From: Mycobacterium sp.
GTDB lineage: Bacteria > Actinomycetota > Actinomycetes > Mycobacteriales > Mycobacteriaceae
Direction: 5' to 3' (one strand)
Assembly: GCA_040398885.1 (NCBI GenBank)
Contig: JBBATF010000001.1
Length of the DNA: 50,713 bases
Translations under genes and position numbers: made by a program
Notes under the pieces: model-generated
Databases searched by the model: none
The model's input: the letters and a program-made list of their open reading frames with translations, nothing else
Told to the model about the DNA's origin: nothing
In this document: positions 1 to 9,286 of the stretch, one piece after another
Position numbering within the stretch: the stretch's first letter is position 1
How the letters are laid out: each line of letters opens with the position of its first letter

Positions 1-1
1 G

Positions 2-1207
2 GGTCTGGGCGCGAGTCCGACCTGGCACGGATTCGCCATCGACCAGACCGGTATCGCGTTCACCGACGCGATCAGCGTGGTCGGCGACGAACGCCTGCGC
101 ATCGACCGCCACGCCCTGCGGATCCTCGAAGAGGGGTTGGCCTGGGCGCCGGCGTCCTTCTTCGACCAGGACGGCAATCCGGTTCACGCATGCGCCCGGG
201 GAACCCTGGGCCGCGTCGAATCCCGCCTGCAGCAGGCCGGACTGCGGGCACGCGTCGGCCATGAGATCGAGTTCCTGCTCGTCGGCCCGACCGGTGACCG
301 GTTGCCCGGCCAACTGTGGGCGCAGTACGGGGTGGCCGGAGTGCTCGAGCACGAGGGCTTCATCCGCGACGCCATGGCCGCCATGGCGGCGGCCGGGGTC
401 GCCGTCGAACAGTTCCACCCCGAGTACGGCGTCAACCAGTTCGAGATGTCGCTGGCGCCCGCGTCTCCGGTCGCCGCCGCGGACCAACTGGTACTGGCCC
501 GCCTTCTGCTCGGCAGGGTCGCACGGAGCCACGGACTACGGGTCAGCCTGTCTCCGGTTCCGTTCGAGGGAAGCGTGGGTTCCGGTGCCCACCAACATTT
601 CTCGCTGCTGCGCGACGACACCCCGCTGTTCTCCGGGGGGCACGGGCCACATGGACTGACCAGTGACGGTGCGGCGGCGATCGGGGGAGTGCTGTCCGGT
701 CTCGCGGAAGCTCAACTGGCGTTCTCGGGCTCGATCGTGTCCGGGTTGCGGATGAGGCCCGGCAACTGGGCCGGCGCGTACGCGTGCTGGGGTACGGAGA
801 ACCGCGAGGCCGCCCTCCGGTTCCTGCCGGCCACCCACGGCAACCCCCACGGCGCCAACGTCGAAGTCAAGGTGGTCGACCCGTCCGCGAATCCCTATCT
901 GGCCAGCGCGGCGATCCTGGGCCTGGCACTCGACGGGATCGAACGGCAGTCGGCGTTGCCGCCGGAGATCACCGTGGACCCCGACACCGTTCCCGCCGTA
1001 GATCGAGTTGCGGGCGGGGTGGTCCGGCTATCGCACGATCAACCGGATGCGATTGCGGCGATGAAGGATTCACAGCGCCTCCGCGCCATACTGGGTGAGC
1101 CGGTGGTCGATGCTCTGGTGGCCGTGCGGAGTTACGAGCACCGGAATTACGGCGACCTCGGCGGCGGGGAACTGGCCGACAGGTTCCGGATGGCCTGGAG
1201 TCTGTGA
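2..1207 (+). CDS. glnA3: Glutamine synthetase-like protein, GlnA3 type (gamma-glutamylpolyamine synthetase-like); 5'-truncated by the window edge
   Basis: Frame is open from position 2 (GLGASPTWHGFAIDQ). GS motifs GHEIEF, HPEYGxNQFE, GSGAHQHFS, WGTENREAALR and EVKVVDPSANPYL. Synteny with Rv1878. Confidence 0.85.
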   Translation, partial: GLGASPTWHGFAIDQTGIAFTDAISVVGDERLRIDRHALRILEEGLAWAPASFFDQDGNPVHACARGTLGRVESRLQQAGLRARVGHEIEFLLVGPTGDRLPGQLWAQYGVAGVLEHEGFIRDAMAAMAAAGVAVEQFHPEYGVNQFEMSLAPASPVAAADQLVLARLLLGRVARSHGLRVSLSPVPFEGSVGSGAHQHFSLLRDDTPLFSGGHGPHGLTSDGAAAIGGVLSGLAEAQLAFSGSIVSGLRMRPGNWAGAYACWGTENREAALRFLPATHGNPHGANVEVKVVDPSANPYLASAAILGLALDGIERQSALPPEITVDPDTVPAVDRVAGGVVRLSHDQPDAIAAMKDSQRLRAILGEPVVDALVAVRSYEHRNYGDLGGGELADRFRMAWSL

Positions 1208-1208
1208 G

Positions 1209-1652
1209 TCAGACCAGGCCGGTGGCGTCGAACACCCACGACATGTCCGCGGTCCGCAACTGCCGCATCCAGTCCCCGGGCGCATGGTTGAGTAGCGCAC
1301 CGAAGTCCCAATAGTCCTTCCACAGGGTGATCCGGCCGTCGCGGACTCTGTGCACGGTGACGAACTTCAGCAGCGCGCTCTCGCCGCTGACCCAGTCCCA
1401 GGTCTCGGAGTGCTCGTACATCACGTCGGCGCCGTTGCTCACCAGGAGGCCGTCGTGGTTGGCGTAGCCGGCCAGCGGTTCCAGGCCGACCTTCAGACGC
1501 CTGACGATGTTCTCCGGCCCGCGTGCCGCGACGGCGGGGCCCAGCGGCATGTCGACGTACACGCAGTCCTCGGCGAGGAACCGCTTCATCCCCTCCCAGT
1601 CGCGGTCGGACAACGCCTTCCACATCCCCAGGACGGTGACCTCAGCGGACAT
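1209..1652 (-). CDS. NTF2/SnoaL-like (limonene-1,2-epoxide hydrolase family) protein
   Basis: MSAEVTVLGMWKAL...GRITLWKDYWD pattern typical of the LEH/NTF2 fold; start chosen at ATG 1652. Confidence 0.75.
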   Translation of the reverse strand: MSAEVTVLGMWKALSDRDWEGMKRFLAEDCVYVDMPLGPAVAARGPENIVRRLKVGLEPLAGYANHDGLLVSNGADVMYEHSETWDWVSGESALLKFVTVHRVRDGRITLWKDYWDFGALLNHAPGDWMRQLRTADMSWVFDATGLV

Positions 1653-1755
1653 GTCGCCGGGATTGATCGTGTCGGGTGCCACGACTACAGCAAACCAGAG
1701 ATGGCATCTTCCCGTCCGCGGGTTTAGCCCGCGGTCGGGCCGGGAAGAGGGGGGT

Positions 1756-2019
1756 ATGGCCGATACAGTCTGGATATTGATCGCCGTCGTCGTGCCGGTG
1801 GTGGTGATCGCCGCAATCATGTGGGCGGGCCGAAGGCGGCGCGACGCGCGTTGCCGAGCGCAGGCCGACGAGATCCGCAGGCTGCTGCGGGAGGAGGATG
1901 CCCGGATGCGGCAGGCCGAGCAGGCGGAGCAGGCGGAACGACTGCAGACCGCCCCCGGCTGGAACCGCGGCGAGGTCAGTGGCGTCGGCGCACGATCCGA
2001 GAGTCAGACCCCAGGCTGA
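1756..2019 (+). CDS. Small single-pass membrane protein
   Basis: MADTVWILIAVVVPVVVIAAIMW hydrophobic helix, Arg cluster, coiled-coil-like tail; purine-rich RBS upstream. Confidence 0.55.
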   Translation: MADTVWILIAVVVPVVVIAAIMWAGRRRRDARCRAQADEIRRLLREEDARMRQAEQAEQAERLQTAPGWNRGEVSGVGARSESQTPG

Positions 2020-3301
2020 CCGGCAGCCGGGCCCATCCGCGCAGCACGCGGGTGTCCCGGCGGCTGCCTGGTCCGGCCGGTCGGGCCTCCGGGAACCGGG
2101 TGAAGAACTGCCGGAGACCGACCTCGCCCTCCATCCGGGCCAGCGCGGCGCCCAGGCAGAAGTGCCTACCGCCGGAGAACGCGAGATGCCTGCCCGCGCC
2201 CGGGCGCCGCACGTCGAAGGTGTGCGGGTCGGGGAACACCGCGGGATCGCGGTTGGCGGCCGCCAGGTAGATCACCACGATCTCGCCGCGCCGGACCGGA
2301 GTTCCCGCCACCACGGTGTCGGTGCGGGCGACCCGTGCGGTCAGTTGCACCGGGGGGTCCAGTCGCAGGATCTCCTCCACCGCATTGGGCCACAGCGAGG
2401 GCTCGTCGGCCAGCACCGCCAACTGATCCGGGGCGTCGAGGAGCATCCGGATGCCGTTGCCGAGCAGGTTCACCGTCGTCTCGAAGCCGGCCGCCAGCAC
2501 CAGCCCGGCGATGGCCTTCAACTCCTTCTCGTCGAGCCGCACCCCGCCTTCGGACGCCTCGATCAACTGGCTCATCAGGTCGTCGCCGGGACGCTCCCGG
2601 AGCTTCCGCAGGTGGGTGTCCAGCCAGCTGTTGAACCCCTCCAGGCCGTACTGGACGGTCTGGTACTGCGCCCACGACAGGCCGAAATCCAAACTGGGAG
2701 CGGCTGATTCACCGAATTCGAGAATCCGGTCGCGGTCGCCCTCGGGCACACCGAGAATCTCGCCGATGATGGCGACCGGCAGCTGCGCGCAGTACTGGGC
2801 GACGATGTCGACGACGACGCGCTCGCCGGACAAGCCGTCCAGCAGGACCCCCGCGGTGTCTTCGACCCGGTCATGCAGCGCGGCCACCGCACGGGAGGTG
2901 AAGACCGACGACACGGTCTTGCGGTAGCGGGTGTGTTCGGGGGGTTCCACGGCGAGCAGCGACGGCGGCAGCAGCGGGTGCAGAACATCGGGTCGCGTCC
3001 GTCGCTCCAGCCGGCGCAGCGGCGAGGGCAGCGCCCCGCCCAGGAAGATCACCCGGAAATCGTCGGAGCGCAACAGATCGTGGGCGACGGCGTGGTCGAC
3101 GGTCAGATAGCTCACCCTGGCCCGCACCAGCGGGCCCCGGGCGCGAAGTTCCTCGAAGAACGGGACCGGGTCGGCCCGCACCGACGGGTCGGCGGCGAAT
3201 CGGGCCTGCGGATCGCCGCGGCGGGCCGACAGCCCGGCCGCCGAGCGCACCACGCCGTGCATCGCCAGCCAGTGCAGCCATTCCGACGCACCCATGCTCA
3301 T
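1976..3301 (-). CDS. cyp140: Cytochrome P450, CYP140-like
   Basis: AGFETT I-helix, EEILR (ExxR), FSGGRHFCLG heme motif; LHWLAMHGVVR N-terminus and position match Rv1880c. Confidence 0.85.
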   Translation of the reverse strand: MSMGASEWLHWLAMHGVVRSAAGLSARRGDPQARFAADPSVRADPVPFFEELRARGPLVRARVSYLTVDHAVAHDLLRSDDFRVIFLGGALPSPLRRLERRTRPDVLHPLLPPSLLAVEPPEHTRYRKTVSSVFTSRAVAALHDRVEDTAGVLLDGLSGERVVVDIVAQYCAQLPVAIIGEILGVPEGDRDRILEFGESAAPSLDFGLSWAQYQTVQYGLEGFNSWLDTHLRKLRERPGDDLMSQLIEASEGGVRLDEKELKAIAGLVLAAGFETTVNLLGNGIRMLLDAPDQLAVLADEPSLWPNAVEEILRLDPPVQLTARVARTDTVVAGTPVRRGEIVVIYLAAANRDPAVFPDPHTFDVRRPGAGRHLAFSGGRHFCLGAALARMEGEVGLRQFFTRFPEARPAGPGSRRDTRVLRGWARLPVSLGSDSRIVRRRH

Positions 3302-4581
3302 GCCGGGGGAGTCCAGGTGACCGGAAGCCTCTTGATCCCGTGGATGAACGCCGAGAGCAGCATCGCCGGCTCTTCGGACACCGCGATGTCGGGAGTGCGG
3401 TGGCGCAGTTCCTCGAACACCACCGCGATCTCCCGCCGGGCCAGGTTGGCGCCCAGACAGAAATGCGTTCCGCCGCCACCGAAACCGACGTGGTGGTTCG
3501 GCGAGCGGGTGACGTCGAACAGCCACGGGTCGGCGAACTTGTCCTCGTCGCGGTTGGCCGACCCGTACCACATGGTGACCTTTTGGCCGGCCCCGATGTG
3601 CACGCCGCCGACCTCGACGTCCCGGGTGGTGGTGCGACGCATGTAGGCCACCGGAGATGCCCACCGGACGATCTCCTCGACAGCGGTCGCGGTGTGTCCG
3701 GCGAAGTCGCTCCACCAGATTTCGCGCTGTTCGGGGTAGCGGGTCAGCGCGAGAACGCCGTGGCTGATGGCGTTGCGGGTGGTTTCGTTGCCGGCGACCG
3801 CCAGCAGGATGAAGAACGAGGCGATCTCAGCCGAGGTCAGTCGTTCGCCGTCGACCTCCGCTGAGACGAGTGCGGTGGTGAGGTCGTCGTGCGGATTGGA
3901 CCGCCGGTCCTCGGCCAGGGCGGTCGCGTACGCGCCGATGTCGATGGCGACCCTCATGAACTCTTCGGAGTCGGTGGTGATGTCGGGGTCGCCGAAACCC
4001 AGGATCACGTTGGTCCATCCGAAGATCTTGCGATGGTCGCCCTCGGGGACGCCCATGATGTCGCAGATCACCTGCAGGGGCAGCGGCCCGGACAGTTCCG
4101 CCACCAGTTCGGCGCGGCCGTCCGGGTGGTTGGCGATGAGGTCCTCGACCAGTCGGCGGGCGCGGGCGCGCACCGACTCCTCGGTGCGCGCGACCACCTT
4201 CGGGGTGAACGCGCTGCGCACGATGCCCCGAAGGCGGGCGTGCCGCGGGTCGTCGAGGGAGATCATCGAGCCGAAATACTCCGCCACCTCCGGCACCTGA
4301 TCGGCGATCGTGATGTTGGGATGGGAGCTGAAGACCTCCGGGTGCCGGCTGGCGAAATGGACGTCGTCGAACTTCGTCAGCGCCCAGTGGCCCGGGCCCG
4401 CCTGGAAGCCGTCGAACTCGATCTCGGGGAAGAACCTGATCGGCGCCTCCCGTCGCAGCGTCGCGAAGGCGCCGTCCCGGACGACGTCGTCGAGCGCCCA
4501 GAATTCGCGGGTGCCGAGGTCGACGTCCTGCAGGGGGACCCGTGGGGGAGGCCGGCCGTTCACGCGAGTGGCGATTGCCAT
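3298..4581 (-). CDS. cyp124: Cytochrome P450 CYP124 (methyl-branched lipid omega-hydroxylase)
   Basis: AIATRVNGxPPPxVP N-terminus, AGNETT, EEIVR and FGGGGTHFCLG; closely matches my recollection of M. tuberculosis CYP124A1. Confidence 0.88.
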   Translation of the reverse strand: MAIATRVNGRPPPRVPLQDVDLGTREFWALDDVVRDGAFATLRREAPIRFFPEIEFDGFQAGPGHWALTKFDDVHFASRHPEVFSSHPNITIADQVPEVAEYFGSMISLDDPRHARLRGIVRSAFTPKVVARTEESVRARARRLVEDLIANHPDGRAELVAELSGPLPLQVICDIMGVPEGDHRKIFGWTNVILGFGDPDITTDSEEFMRVAIDIGAYATALAEDRRSNPHDDLTTALVSAEVDGERLTSAEIASFFILLAVAGNETTRNAISHGVLALTRYPEQREIWWSDFAGHTATAVEEIVRWASPVAYMRRTTTRDVEVGGVHIGAGQKVTMWYGSANRDEDKFADPWLFDVTRSPNHHVGFGGGGTHFCLGANLARREIAVVFEELRHRTPDIAVSEEPAMLLSAFIHGIKRLPVTWTPPA

Positions 4582-4639
4582 GCAAGTCACCGTCCACTCA
4601 AACAGGCGCCGGGTCTCACTCCCACCATAGGGGAGGAAC

Positions 4640-5104
4640 CTATGCGGCCTCGTCCTCGACGACCTTCTTGATCCGTTCCAGCGTGGTGCGCATGTCGCGG
4701 ACGTTGCGGCGCCCACGCAGGTAGCCGGCGAACATCCAGAAAACCCGGACCGGCAGCGCGCTGTTGAGCCGGAAGGACTCGGTGACATCGGTGCCGTCCC
4801 CGCGCGGGGTCAGCCGGTAGTGCCAGTTGTTGACCGCCATGTCCCCGGGCCCGAGCACCGCGAAGCCGAATTCCTTGCCGGGTTCGCAGGCCGTCACCCG
4901 GCAGGTCGTCCAGTACACCGGTCCGATCTCGTTGCGGCGGACGTGGCCGCGGAACTTCGCGCCCAGCGCCGGACCGTCGGCGCCGCCCAGCCATTCGGCC
5001 TCGAACACCTCGGGGGAGAACCGGCCGGTGTTTCGGACCTCGGCGATGAGGTTCCAGATCTTGTCGGCCGGAGCGGACATGTGCACGGTCGCGGAGCCTT
5101 CCAC
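4640..5104 (-). CDS. SRPBCC/polyketide cyclase family protein (Rv1883c-like)
   Basis: START-fold pattern, C-terminal DMRTTLERIKKVVE helix. Confidence 0.8.
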   Translation of the reverse strand: MEGSATVHMSAPADKIWNLIAEVRNTGRFSPEVFEAEWLGGADGPALGAKFRGHVRRNEIGPVYWTTCRVTACEPGKEFGFAVLGPGDMAVNNWHYRLTPRGDGTDVTESFRLNSALPVRVFWMFAGYLRGRRNVRDMRTTLERIKKVVEDEAA

Positions 5105-5142
5105 GCGGCAATCCTACGACGCGTGGCGGTAGCGTTCCCGCC

Positions 5143-5532
5143 GTGGGTGTCAGACTGCGTCCGCCGGCCGTCGAGCGCCGGATCCCCGCTGCGCCGGACG
5201 TGGTGTGGACCATCCTGACGGATCTGGAGATGTGGCCGCTGTGGGGGCCGTCGGTGCGGCGCGCCGAACTGCTCGGCGGCGGCAGGGAGTTGACCGACGG
5301 CGCGCAGGGCACGGTCTGGACCGCCGTCGGGGTGGCACTGCCGTTCGCGGTCACCGATTTCGTCCCCGGCCGGCGGTGGGGATGGAGCGTGGCCGGGGTG
5401 GCGTCCACCGGTCACGAGGTCAGTCCGGTCCCCGGTGGATGCTCGGTCCGGTTCACGACGCCGTGGTGGGCTGCCGCATACCTGCCGGTGTGCGCGGCGG
5501 CGCTGAGCCGAATCGAGAGGCTGGCCGGTTAG
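5143..5532 (+). CDS. SRPBCC family protein
   Basis: VERRIPAAPDVVWTILTDLEMWPLWGP N-terminal SRPBCC signature. Confidence 0.75.
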   Translation: MGVRLRPPAVERRIPAAPDVVWTILTDLEMWPLWGPSVRRAELLGGGRELTDGAQGTVWTAVGVALPFAVTDFVPGRRWGWSVAGVASTGHEVSPVPGGCSVRFTTPWWAAAYLPVCAAALSRIERLAG

Positions 5533-5539
5533 GGGTCGG

Positions 5540-6649
5540 TCAGCCGACCGGACCCTTGGCCAGCACGACCGGTGCGGTTCGCGGGTTCCCCAGCCGGTCG
5601 AACCAGGTCAGCATGATGATGTTGCCAGGCCGGCGCTGGTCCATGATGTTGGACAGATCGGCCGCGGAGTTGATCGGGACGCCGTCGAGGGCGGTGATGA
5701 CGTCTCCGGGCCGCAGGCCGGCCTGACCGGCCGGAGTGTCCGGCAGGACCTGACGAACGACCGCGCCGGCGGGCCCGCCCAGCGGCGAGGCGTCGGCGAT
5801 CCCCACCCCGATGAAGGCCGAGTCGCCCAGATGCACCGTCGGCGACGGCGCGCCGGCGCGAATCTGGTTGGCGATGGCCATCGCCCGGTCGATCGGGATG
5901 GCGAAGCCCTCGTTGCCGGATACGGCGCCCATGCGGTGGTTCAAGGTGGCGGCCACGGTGACGCCCACCACCTGTCCCGCGGCGTTCACCAGCGGGCCGC
6001 CCGAATCGCCTGGCCGGATCTCGGCCGCGACCCGGATCAGATCGACCAATTCCTTGGCACCCCTGCCGGATTCGTCGGATGCCCGCACCGAGGCGCCGAG
6101 TTGCGTGATCACCCCCGGCGCGTAACTCGGTACCCCGCCGGTGCCGTTGGAGTTGCCGATCGCGGCGATCGGTTCGCCCACGGCCAGCCTCGAGGACGTC
6201 CCAAGGTTCGCGGTCGGAAGGCCGCCAGCACCGCGGAGACGAACGACCGCGATGTCGCTGGAGCGGTCGAAACCGACGACATCGACCGGATAGCTCCGGC
6301 TGTTGGCCCGGCTGACCGCGGTGATCTCGGTGGCCCCCTCGATGACGTGGTTGTTGGTGAGCACGTCGCCGTTGGGGTCGAGCACGATTCCGGCGCCCGC
6401 CCCCGAGGCGCCCTCGTAGCCCAGCGTCGTGTTGATGTCGACCAGGCCGGGCACGATCCGCCCGAGCAGGGCGGACTGATCCAACGGCGCCGTCGGCGCC
6501 GGCGCCGGTGACGGGATCGGTTCGGCGGTTGCCGGGGCGATGCTCAGGCCGGCGAGCAGTGTCAGAGCGGCGAAGACGCCGCTCAGCCGGCGGCCACGAC
6601 GGCCGGTGGGCCGTGGACAGGTGGAATCCATACGACAACTGTGCCTCAT
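5540..6649 (-). CDS. pepA: Secreted trypsin-like serine protease with PDZ domain (PepA/Mtb32a-like); start uncertain (6649 or 6631)
   Basis: Catalytic triad LTNNHV / SDIAV / GDSGG, C-terminal PDZ (AGLRPGDVI), signal peptide. Confidence 0.8.
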   Translation of the reverse strand: MRHSCRMDSTCPRPTGRRGRRLSGVFAALTLLAGLSIAPATAEPIPSPAPAPTAPLDQSALLGRIVPGLVDINTTLGYEGASGAGAGIVLDPNGDVLTNNHVIEGATEITAVSRANSRSYPVDVVGFDRSSDIAVVRLRGAGGLPTANLGTSSRLAVGEPIAAIGNSNGTGGVPSYAPGVITQLGASVRASDESGRGAKELVDLIRVAAEIRPGDSGGPLVNAAGQVVGVTVAATLNHRMGAVSGNEGFAIPIDRAMAIANQIRAGAPSPTVHLGDSAFIGVGIADASPLGGPAGAVVRQVLPDTPAGQAGLRPGDVITALDGVPINSAADLSNIMDQRRPGNIIMLTWFDRLGNPRTAPVVLAKGPVG

Positions 6650-6798
6650 AAATCGGCGGAAAGGCAGTTGGCCCCGTCACTCCCGTCAAACGCACGCGTC
6701 GGCGGGACGTCGGCGACGCGCCCGTTCCGCGCAACCGGCCGACGGTGGCCTAGATTCGGTGGGGATGCCCACCGCGGCTCCGGAAGGGAACACCGCCA

Positions 6799-7704
6799 GT
6801 GCTTGAGCAAGCCCTCGTCGTGGCCGCCGCTCTTGCAGGCGCGGTGTTCACCGCGATAGGGATCGTGATGCGCCAGCGGGCCACGATGGACGTTCCGGAG
6901 GATCAGGGCGTCAGTGGCCTGATGGTCTCGACTCTGGTGCGAAGGCCGCTGTGGTGGGCCGGCACCGGGTCGGCGTTCGTCGGCTACGCCTTCCAGGCCC
7001 TTGCGCTGGCCCGCGGATCGCTCACCCTGGTCGCCCCGCTGTTGATGTCGGCGTTGCTCTTCGCCCTCCCACTCAGCGCCCGCCTCGCCCACCGGCGGGT
7101 GAGCCGCGCCGACTGGGGTTGGGCTCTGCTGCTCACCCTCGCGCTGGCGGTGTTCGTGTCGCTGGCCCGGACCCGGCCCGGTGACTACGAGGGCTCCGCG
7201 TGGACGGCGGTGTTCGTCGCGGCGGGCGCCGCGGTGTTCGTCGCCGGCTGCGTCCTGCTGGCCAGCCGGATGTCGGACTGGCGGCGGGCCCTCCTGCTCG
7301 GCTTCGGGGTCGGTGTCCTCTTCGGCGTGGTCGCCGTGCTCACCAAGATCGTCATGCAGTTCGTCACCGAAGGTGACGCGGCCGAACTGCGGACGTCTCC
7401 GGTGCCCTACATGCTGATCGCAGCCGCGGTGGCGGCCACGCTGTTGCAGCAGTCCGCCTTCCACGCCGGATCGCTGCAGACGTCCGTCCCGGTGATGCTG
7501 GTGCTCGAACCGATGGTTGCGGTGCTGTTGGGCCAGGTGGTGCTCGGCGAGCACCTCGAGGTCGGCACCGGCAGCGCGGTGGCATTGGGAATCGCGATCG
7601 CCGCGATGACCGCCGCCACGATCGCCCTCGGCCGCGACGAGGGCGCCTACGAGGACGAGCTGGAGGCCGGCCGCCGCACCGCGCCCCGGCAGCCGAAGCG
7701 ATGA
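6799..7704 (+). CDS. DMT family multi-pass membrane transporter
   Basis: About 9 hydrophobic segments, RRPLWWAG and QQSAFHAGSL motifs. Confidence 0.8.
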   Translation: MLEQALVVAAALAGAVFTAIGIVMRQRATMDVPEDQGVSGLMVSTLVRRPLWWAGTGSAFVGYAFQALALARGSLTLVAPLLMSALLFALPLSARLAHRRVSRADWGWALLLTLALAVFVSLARTRPGDYEGSAWTAVFVAAGAAVFVAGCVLLASRMSDWRRALLLGFGVGVLFGVVAVLTKIVMQFVTEGDAAELRTSPVPYMLIAAAVAATLLQQSAFHAGSLQTSVPVMLVLEPMVAVLLGQVVLGEHLEVGTGSAVALGIAIAAMTAATIALGRDEGAYEDELEAGRRTAPRQPKR

Positions 7705-8513
7705 GCCGGCAGCACGATCCGCTGGCTCAGATCGCCGCCGGCCCGGCGGGCCCGGCGGTCGGGGCGTTCTTCGACTGCGACGGCACCCTGGTCGCCGGCT
7801 TCACCGCCGTCGCCCACGCCCGGGACCGGATCCGACGCGGCCAGGCCCGGATCGGCGAGGTGCTGGGAGTCGTGGAGGCCTCGCTGCGCTACAAGCTCGG
7901 CCGCATGCAGTTCGAGCGGCTGATGAGCCGCGCCGCGGGTTATCTGCGCGGCGAGTCGCTGACCGAGCTGAGGGACATCGGCGAGCGGTTGTACGCCGAA
8001 CAGGTGGCAGACAAGGTCTACCCGCTGATGCGCCAGATCGTCGAGGCGCACCGCCGGCGGGGGCATACCCTCGTCCTCAGTTCCTCGGCGTTGACCATCC
8101 ACGCCGAGCCGGTGGCCCGCGCGCTCGGCATCGGGAACGTGATCTGCAACACCTTCGAACTCGACGATGCCGGGCTGCTGACCGGCGGAGTGAACCGGCC
8201 GATCGTGTGGGGAGGGCGCAAAGCCGCTGCGGTGCAGGAGTTCTGCGCCGTCCACGGGGTCGCACTGCCGCAGAGCTACTTCTACGCCGACGGCGACGAG
8301 GATGCCGCGCTGATGAAACTGGTCGGCCATCCCCGGCCGGTCAACCCCCGCTCCGGACTGGCCGCCCTGGCCGCGGACAAGGACTGGCCGGTGCTGCGGG
8401 TGACGGTGCCGGGCCAGTCCGGCGCGGCTGACGCGTTGGGGCACCTGCCCGCACTGGGCCGCGCCGCGCTGGGCGCGGCGTTCGCTGCGGTGGCGCCGCG
8501 CCGCCGGCGCTGA
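7701..8513 (+). CDS. HAD-IB family hydrolase
   Basis: FFDCDGTL motif I and YADGDED motif IV; ATGA overlap with upstream gene. Confidence 0.8.
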   Translation: MSRQHDPLAQIAAGPAGPAVGAFFDCDGTLVAGFTAVAHARDRIRRGQARIGEVLGVVEASLRYKLGRMQFERLMSRAAGYLRGESLTELRDIGERLYAEQVADKVYPLMRQIVEAHRRRGHTLVLSSSALTIHAEPVARALGIGNVICNTFELDDAGLLTGGVNRPIVWGGRKAAAVQEFCAVHGVALPQSYFYADGDEDAALMKLVGHPRPVNPRSGLAALAADKDWPVLRVTVPGQSGAADALGHLPALGRAALGAAFAAVAPRRRR

Positions 8514-8515
8514 CC

Positions 8516-9262
8516 TCAGACCGCGCGGTGCGGAACGTCGGTGATCAGACCGCCGTCCACCACGAACTCCGACCCGGTCGCGAACGACGACTCGTCACTG
8601 GCCAGGAACACCACGAAGGTGGCGACCTCCTCGGGTGTGCCGGCGCGGCCCATCGGAGCGGACACGATGTCGTCGGGCAGGTGCTTGGTCATCTTTGTCC
8701 GGATGAATCCCGGGTGGATGGAGTTCACCCGGATCTTCTCCGGCGCCAACTCGAGTGCCGCCGACTTGGTCAGCCCGCGCAGACCCCACTTGGAAGCGAC
8801 GTAGCTGTGCGCCCAGGCCGCGCCGCGCATGCCCTCGATCGAGGAGATGTTGATGATCGAACCGCCGCCGGCGGACACCATCGGGTCGATCACGGCCTGG
8901 ATTCCCCGCATGGCCCCGGTCAGGTTGACGTCGAGCACCTTCTGCCAGCGGGTGATGTCGGCGGTCTTCAACGGTGCGACCTGGACGATGCCGGCATTGT
9001 TCACCAGCACATCGAGCCTGCCGAAGGCGCTCACCGCGGTGTCGACGGCGGCCTTCCAATCCTCGGCGCTGGTCACGTCGAGGTGGACGTAGCGGGCGGC
9101 GTCGCCGAGTTCGGCGATCAGGGCCGCGCCCTCGTCGTCGAGGATGTCGCCGATCACCACCTTGGCGCCCTCCGCGATCAACATGCGGGCGCTGGCGGCG
9201 CCCATGCCCTTCGCGTTGGCGCCGCCGGTGATCAGCGCGACTTTGCCCGCTACACGTCCCAT
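8516..9262 (-). CDS. SDR oxidoreductase (3-alpha/20-beta-hydroxysteroid dehydrogenase-like)
   Basis: TGGANAKGMG, NNAG and YVASK motifs. Confidence 0.88.
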   Translation of the reverse strand: MGRVAGKVALITGGANAKGMGAASARMLIAEGAKVVIGDILDDEGAALIAELGDAARYVHLDVTSAEDWKAAVDTAVSAFGRLDVLVNNAGIVQVAPLKTADITRWQKVLDVNLTGAMRGIQAVIDPMVSAGGGSIINISSIEGMRGAAWAHSYVASKWGLRGLTKSAALELAPEKIRVNSIHPGFIRTKMTKHLPDDIVSAPMGRAGTPEEVATFVVFLASDESSFATGSEFVVDGGLITDVPHRAV

Positions 9263-9286
9263 GGGGCGTCAGGCTACCTTGGCGGG
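9263..9286. promoter_or_regulatory. Overlapping divergent -10 elements for two leaderless genes
   Basis: TACCTT (+, 9275-9280) 6 nt before ATG 9287; TAGCCT (-, 9271-9276) 8 nt before ATG 9262. Confidence 0.55.

Noticed and set aside
8528-9286. Apparent long N-terminal extensions (also 30518-31390 on furA, 3302-3715 on cyp140, 26338-26661 on the ccdA-like gene)
   Set aside because: They overlap real neighbouring genes; internal starts have -10 elements, RBSs or stop/start overlaps
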